This document shows, piece by piece, positions 30,303 to 32,000 of a stretch of DNA of 32,000 nt. Under the pieces are notes generated by a model, which searched no databases, had not been told where the DNA came from, and saw nothing but the letters and a program-made list of their open reading frames with translations. The stretch comes from Gemmata obscuriglobus (lineage in GTDB: Bacteria > Planctomycetota > Planctomycetia > Gemmatales > Gemmataceae): positions 3,600,001 through 3,632,000 of the forward strand of contig NZ_CP042911.1 of the NCBI RefSeq assembly GCF_008065095.1, in the 5' to 3' direction. A program made the position numbers and the translations under genes. Within the stretch, counting starts at the first letter, position 1. Every line of letters starts with the position of its first letter.

Positions 30303-32000
30303 ATGACGAGCGACTACGGCGAGTTTTTGCGGTCGAAGGTGCGGGCGGTCGAGCCGGCGGGGTTCGAGAACGGGCGGCTCCCGAAGGGCCTGTTCCCGCA
30401 CCAGCGGGCGATCGTGAAGTGGGCGTGCCGGATGGGCCGCGGGGCGGTCTTCGCCGACACCGGGCTCGGCAAAACGCTGATGCTGCTCGCGTGGGCGGAT
30501 CAGGTGTACCGCCGCACCGATCGGCCGGTGCTGGTGCTGACGCCGCTCGCAGTCGCTGAGCAGACGGCAGAAGAGGCGAAGAGATTTGGGATCGAAGGCG
30601 TTTTCCGAACCGACTCGCCCGCCGGCTACGTCGATTACTCCCGGGTCGTGGTCACGAACTACCAGAAGCTGCACCGGTTCGACCCGTCCGCCTTCGGTGG
30701 CGTTGTTCTGGATGAGAGTTCGATCCTCAAGAGCCACGACGGGGCGTACCGCAAGGCCCTGACGGAGGCGTTCGCGGCCACGCCGTACAAGCTGTGCTGC
30801 ACCGCGACCCCGGCCCCGAACGACCACACCGAGATCGGCACCCACGCCGAGTTCTTGGGCGTGATGAGCCGGACGGAGATGCTCGCCACCTACTTCGTTC
30901 ACGACTCGGGCGACACGTCGGAGTGGCGGCTGAAGGGGCACGCGGTCCGCGACTTCTGGCGGTGGGTCGCGTCGTGGGCGGTGCTGTGCCGGCGGCCGTC
31001 CGACCTGGGGTTCAGTGACGAGGGGTACGAACTGCCCCCGCTCCGCGTCCACGAGGTCGAGATCGAGACCGCCGCCCAGGCGGGCGTACTGTTCGCGACC
31101 GCGGAGACCACGCTCGCCGGCCAGCGGGCGGCCCGGAAGGAGTCGATGGATGGTCGCGCGACCACGTCCGCCCGGATCGCGAACGAGCCCGGCCCGTGCG
31201 TTGTGTGGGCGGAACTGAACGCCGAAGCCGACGCGGTTCAGGAACTGATTCCGGACGCGGTGCAGGTCGCGGGGGCGGACAAGGACGAGGACAAGCTGTC
31301 GCGGCTGAAGGGGTTCGCGGCTGGAACACACCGGGTGCTGGTCACCAAGACCACCGTGGCCGGGTTCGGGCTCAACTGGCAGCACTGCCGCCGCATGGTG
31401 TTCGTGGGGCTGTCGAACAGCTACGAGCAGTTCTATCAGGCGGTTCGGCGGTGCTGGCGGTTCGGCCAGACGGGGCCGGTGGACGTGTACCTGATCGGCA
31501 CGGCCCGCGACGCCGGGGTGTGGGCGAACATCGCCCGCAAGCAGCGGGACCACGAGGCGATGGTCGAGGGGATGCTACAGCACACCCGGGACGTGAACCG
31601 CGAACAACTGGGGGCGACCGTGAAGCAGACCGACGAGTACCGGACGGGCCGGACCGGGGGCAAGACCGACGCGTGGATGATCCACCTCGGGGACTGCGTG
31701 GAAACGCTCCGCGGGTTCGACCCGGAGTGCGTCGATTACAGCCTGTTCTCGCCCCCGTTCGCGTCGCTCTACACGTACAGCAACTCGCCGCGGGACATGG
31801 GCAACTGCGGCACCTACGCCGAGTTCGCGGCCCACTTCGGGTTCCTCGTGGCGGAACTGTACCGCGTGCTGAAGCCGGGGCGGCTGGTGTCCTTCCACTG
31901 CATGAACCTGCCGACCACGAAAGAGCACCACGGGTACATCGGGATCCAGGACTTCCGCGGCGACCTGATCCGGCAGTTCCAAGCCGCGGGGTTCATCTAC
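30303..32000 (+). CDS. SNF2-family helicase fused to an N4/N6 DNA methyltransferase (partial, continues past the window end)
   Basis: Absent from the supplied ORF track because no stop is reached; translated by hand from the ATG at 30303 (GGGGAGA SD). Helicase motifs are FADTGLGKTLMLLAWA, VVLDESSILK, CCTATPAPND, LVTKTTVAGFGLNWQ and FYQAVRRCWRFGQ. From about 31680 the beta-class amino-methyltransferase start is HLGDCVETL...VDYSLFSPPFASLY. Palindrome copy 12 lies in frame (DGRATT) between the two helicase lobes. Confidence 0.8.
   Translation, partial: MTSDYGEFLRSKVRAVEPAGFENGRLPKGLFPHQRAIVKWACRMGRGAVFADTGLGKTLMLLAWADQVYRRTDRPVLVLTPLAVAEQTAEEAKRFGIEGVFRTDSPAGYVDYSRVVVTNYQKLHRFDPSAFGGVVLDESSILKSHDGAYRKALTEAFAATPYKLCCTATPAPNDHTEIGTHAEFLGVMSRTEMLATYFVHDSGDTSEWRLKGHAVRDFWRWVASWAVLCRRPSDLGFSDEGYELPPLRVHEVEIETAAQAGVLFATAETTLAGQRAARKESMDGRATTSARIANEPGPCVVWAELNAEADAVQELIPDAVQVAGADKDEDKLSRLKGFAAGTHRVLVTKTTVAGFGLNWQHCRRMVFVGLSNSYEQFYQAVRRCWRFGQTGPVDVYLIGTARDAGVWANIARKQRDHEAMVEGMLQHTRDVNREQLGATVKQTDEYRTGRTGGKTDAWMIHLGDCVETLRGFDPECVDYSLFSPPFASLYTYSNSPRDMGNCGTYAEFAAHFGFLVAELYRVLKPGRLVSFHCMNLPTTKEHHGYIGIQDFRGDLIRQFQAAGFIY
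31151..31164. repeat. element palindrome copy 12 (14-bp TGGTCGCGCGACCA), intragenic
   Basis: In frame in the SNF2-methyltransferase CDS, read as D-G-R-A-T-T. Confidence 0.9.

Larger units (their letters stand above)
22118..32000. mobile_element. integrated mobile element (prophage-like or integrative element) at the 3' side of tRNA-Arg, truncated by the window end
   Basis: A tyrosine integrase lies directly next to the tRNA 3' end, followed by an immunity, excision and replication gene set. An element-specific palindrome family is absent from the 22 kb on the other side of the tRNA. The left boundary is approximate because the att core was not identified. The right end is outside the window. 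Confidence 0.75.

Noticed and set aside
23315-31164. The repeated palindromes as a CRISPR array or as intrinsic terminators.
   Set aside because: Spacing is irregular (about 100 to 1900 bp) and the copies lie between or inside protein-coding genes. The unit is only 16-24 bp and no cas genes are present. No U-tract follows the stem, only TT in several copies.
29586-31553. 655-aa minus-strand ORF, and similar very long ORFs elsewhere (11413..13302 minus, 3148..4737 plus, 18668..21022 plus, 17024..18085 plus, 24908..26194 minus, 8742..9848 plus).
   Set aside because: Each lies antisense to, or out of frame with, a gene that has clear family motifs. Their translations are Arg/Pro/Gly/Ala-rich low-complexity strings, typical of stop-poor alternative frames in high-GC DNA.

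Overview
High-GC (roughly two-thirds G+C by eye) bacterial chromosome segment with a planctomycete (Gemmata-like) gene repertoire: TIGR03067-like and TIGR02996-like domains and a BON protein with a planctomycete-type C-terminus. Positions 1-22000 are ordinary chromosome. They carry a moxR-DUF58 operon, galE, a caspase-fold protein lacking the catalytic dyad, tspO, a YihY/BrkB protein, a GH13 branching-enzyme-like gene, a holin-family/DUF3618 membrane cluster, an ABC-2 exporter plus CPBP protease, dinG and a BON-domain protein. Several clear hairpin terminators and a few long inverted repeats are also present. At 22044-22117 there is a tRNA-Arg(ACG) with its own sigma70-like promoter. Immediately downstream, an integrated mobile element (prophage-like or integrative) begins and runs off the right edge. 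In order it encodes a tyrosine integrase, an XRE repressor with a three-operator divergent control region, an excisionase-like HTH protein, a ParB-like protein, an SF2 helicase, an HNH endonuclease, a TIGR02996-domain protein, a Zn-finger/Toprim primase, and an SNF2 helicase fused to a DNA methyltransferase. The last ORF is open at the window end and absent from the ORF track. The most unusual signal is a perfect palindrome, GTGGTCGCGCGACCAC (12-bp core GGTCGCGCGACC), found in at least 12 copies plus one degenerate copy between 23315 and 31164. I found no copy in the 22 kb of flanking chromosome. Copies sit either 1-2 nt after a stop codon and just upstream of the next ribosome-binding site, or in frame inside large genes at apparent interdomain linkers, where they mostly read G-R-A-T-T. 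Many long ORFs in the six-frame track are antisense or overlapping artefacts of high GC and were not called.
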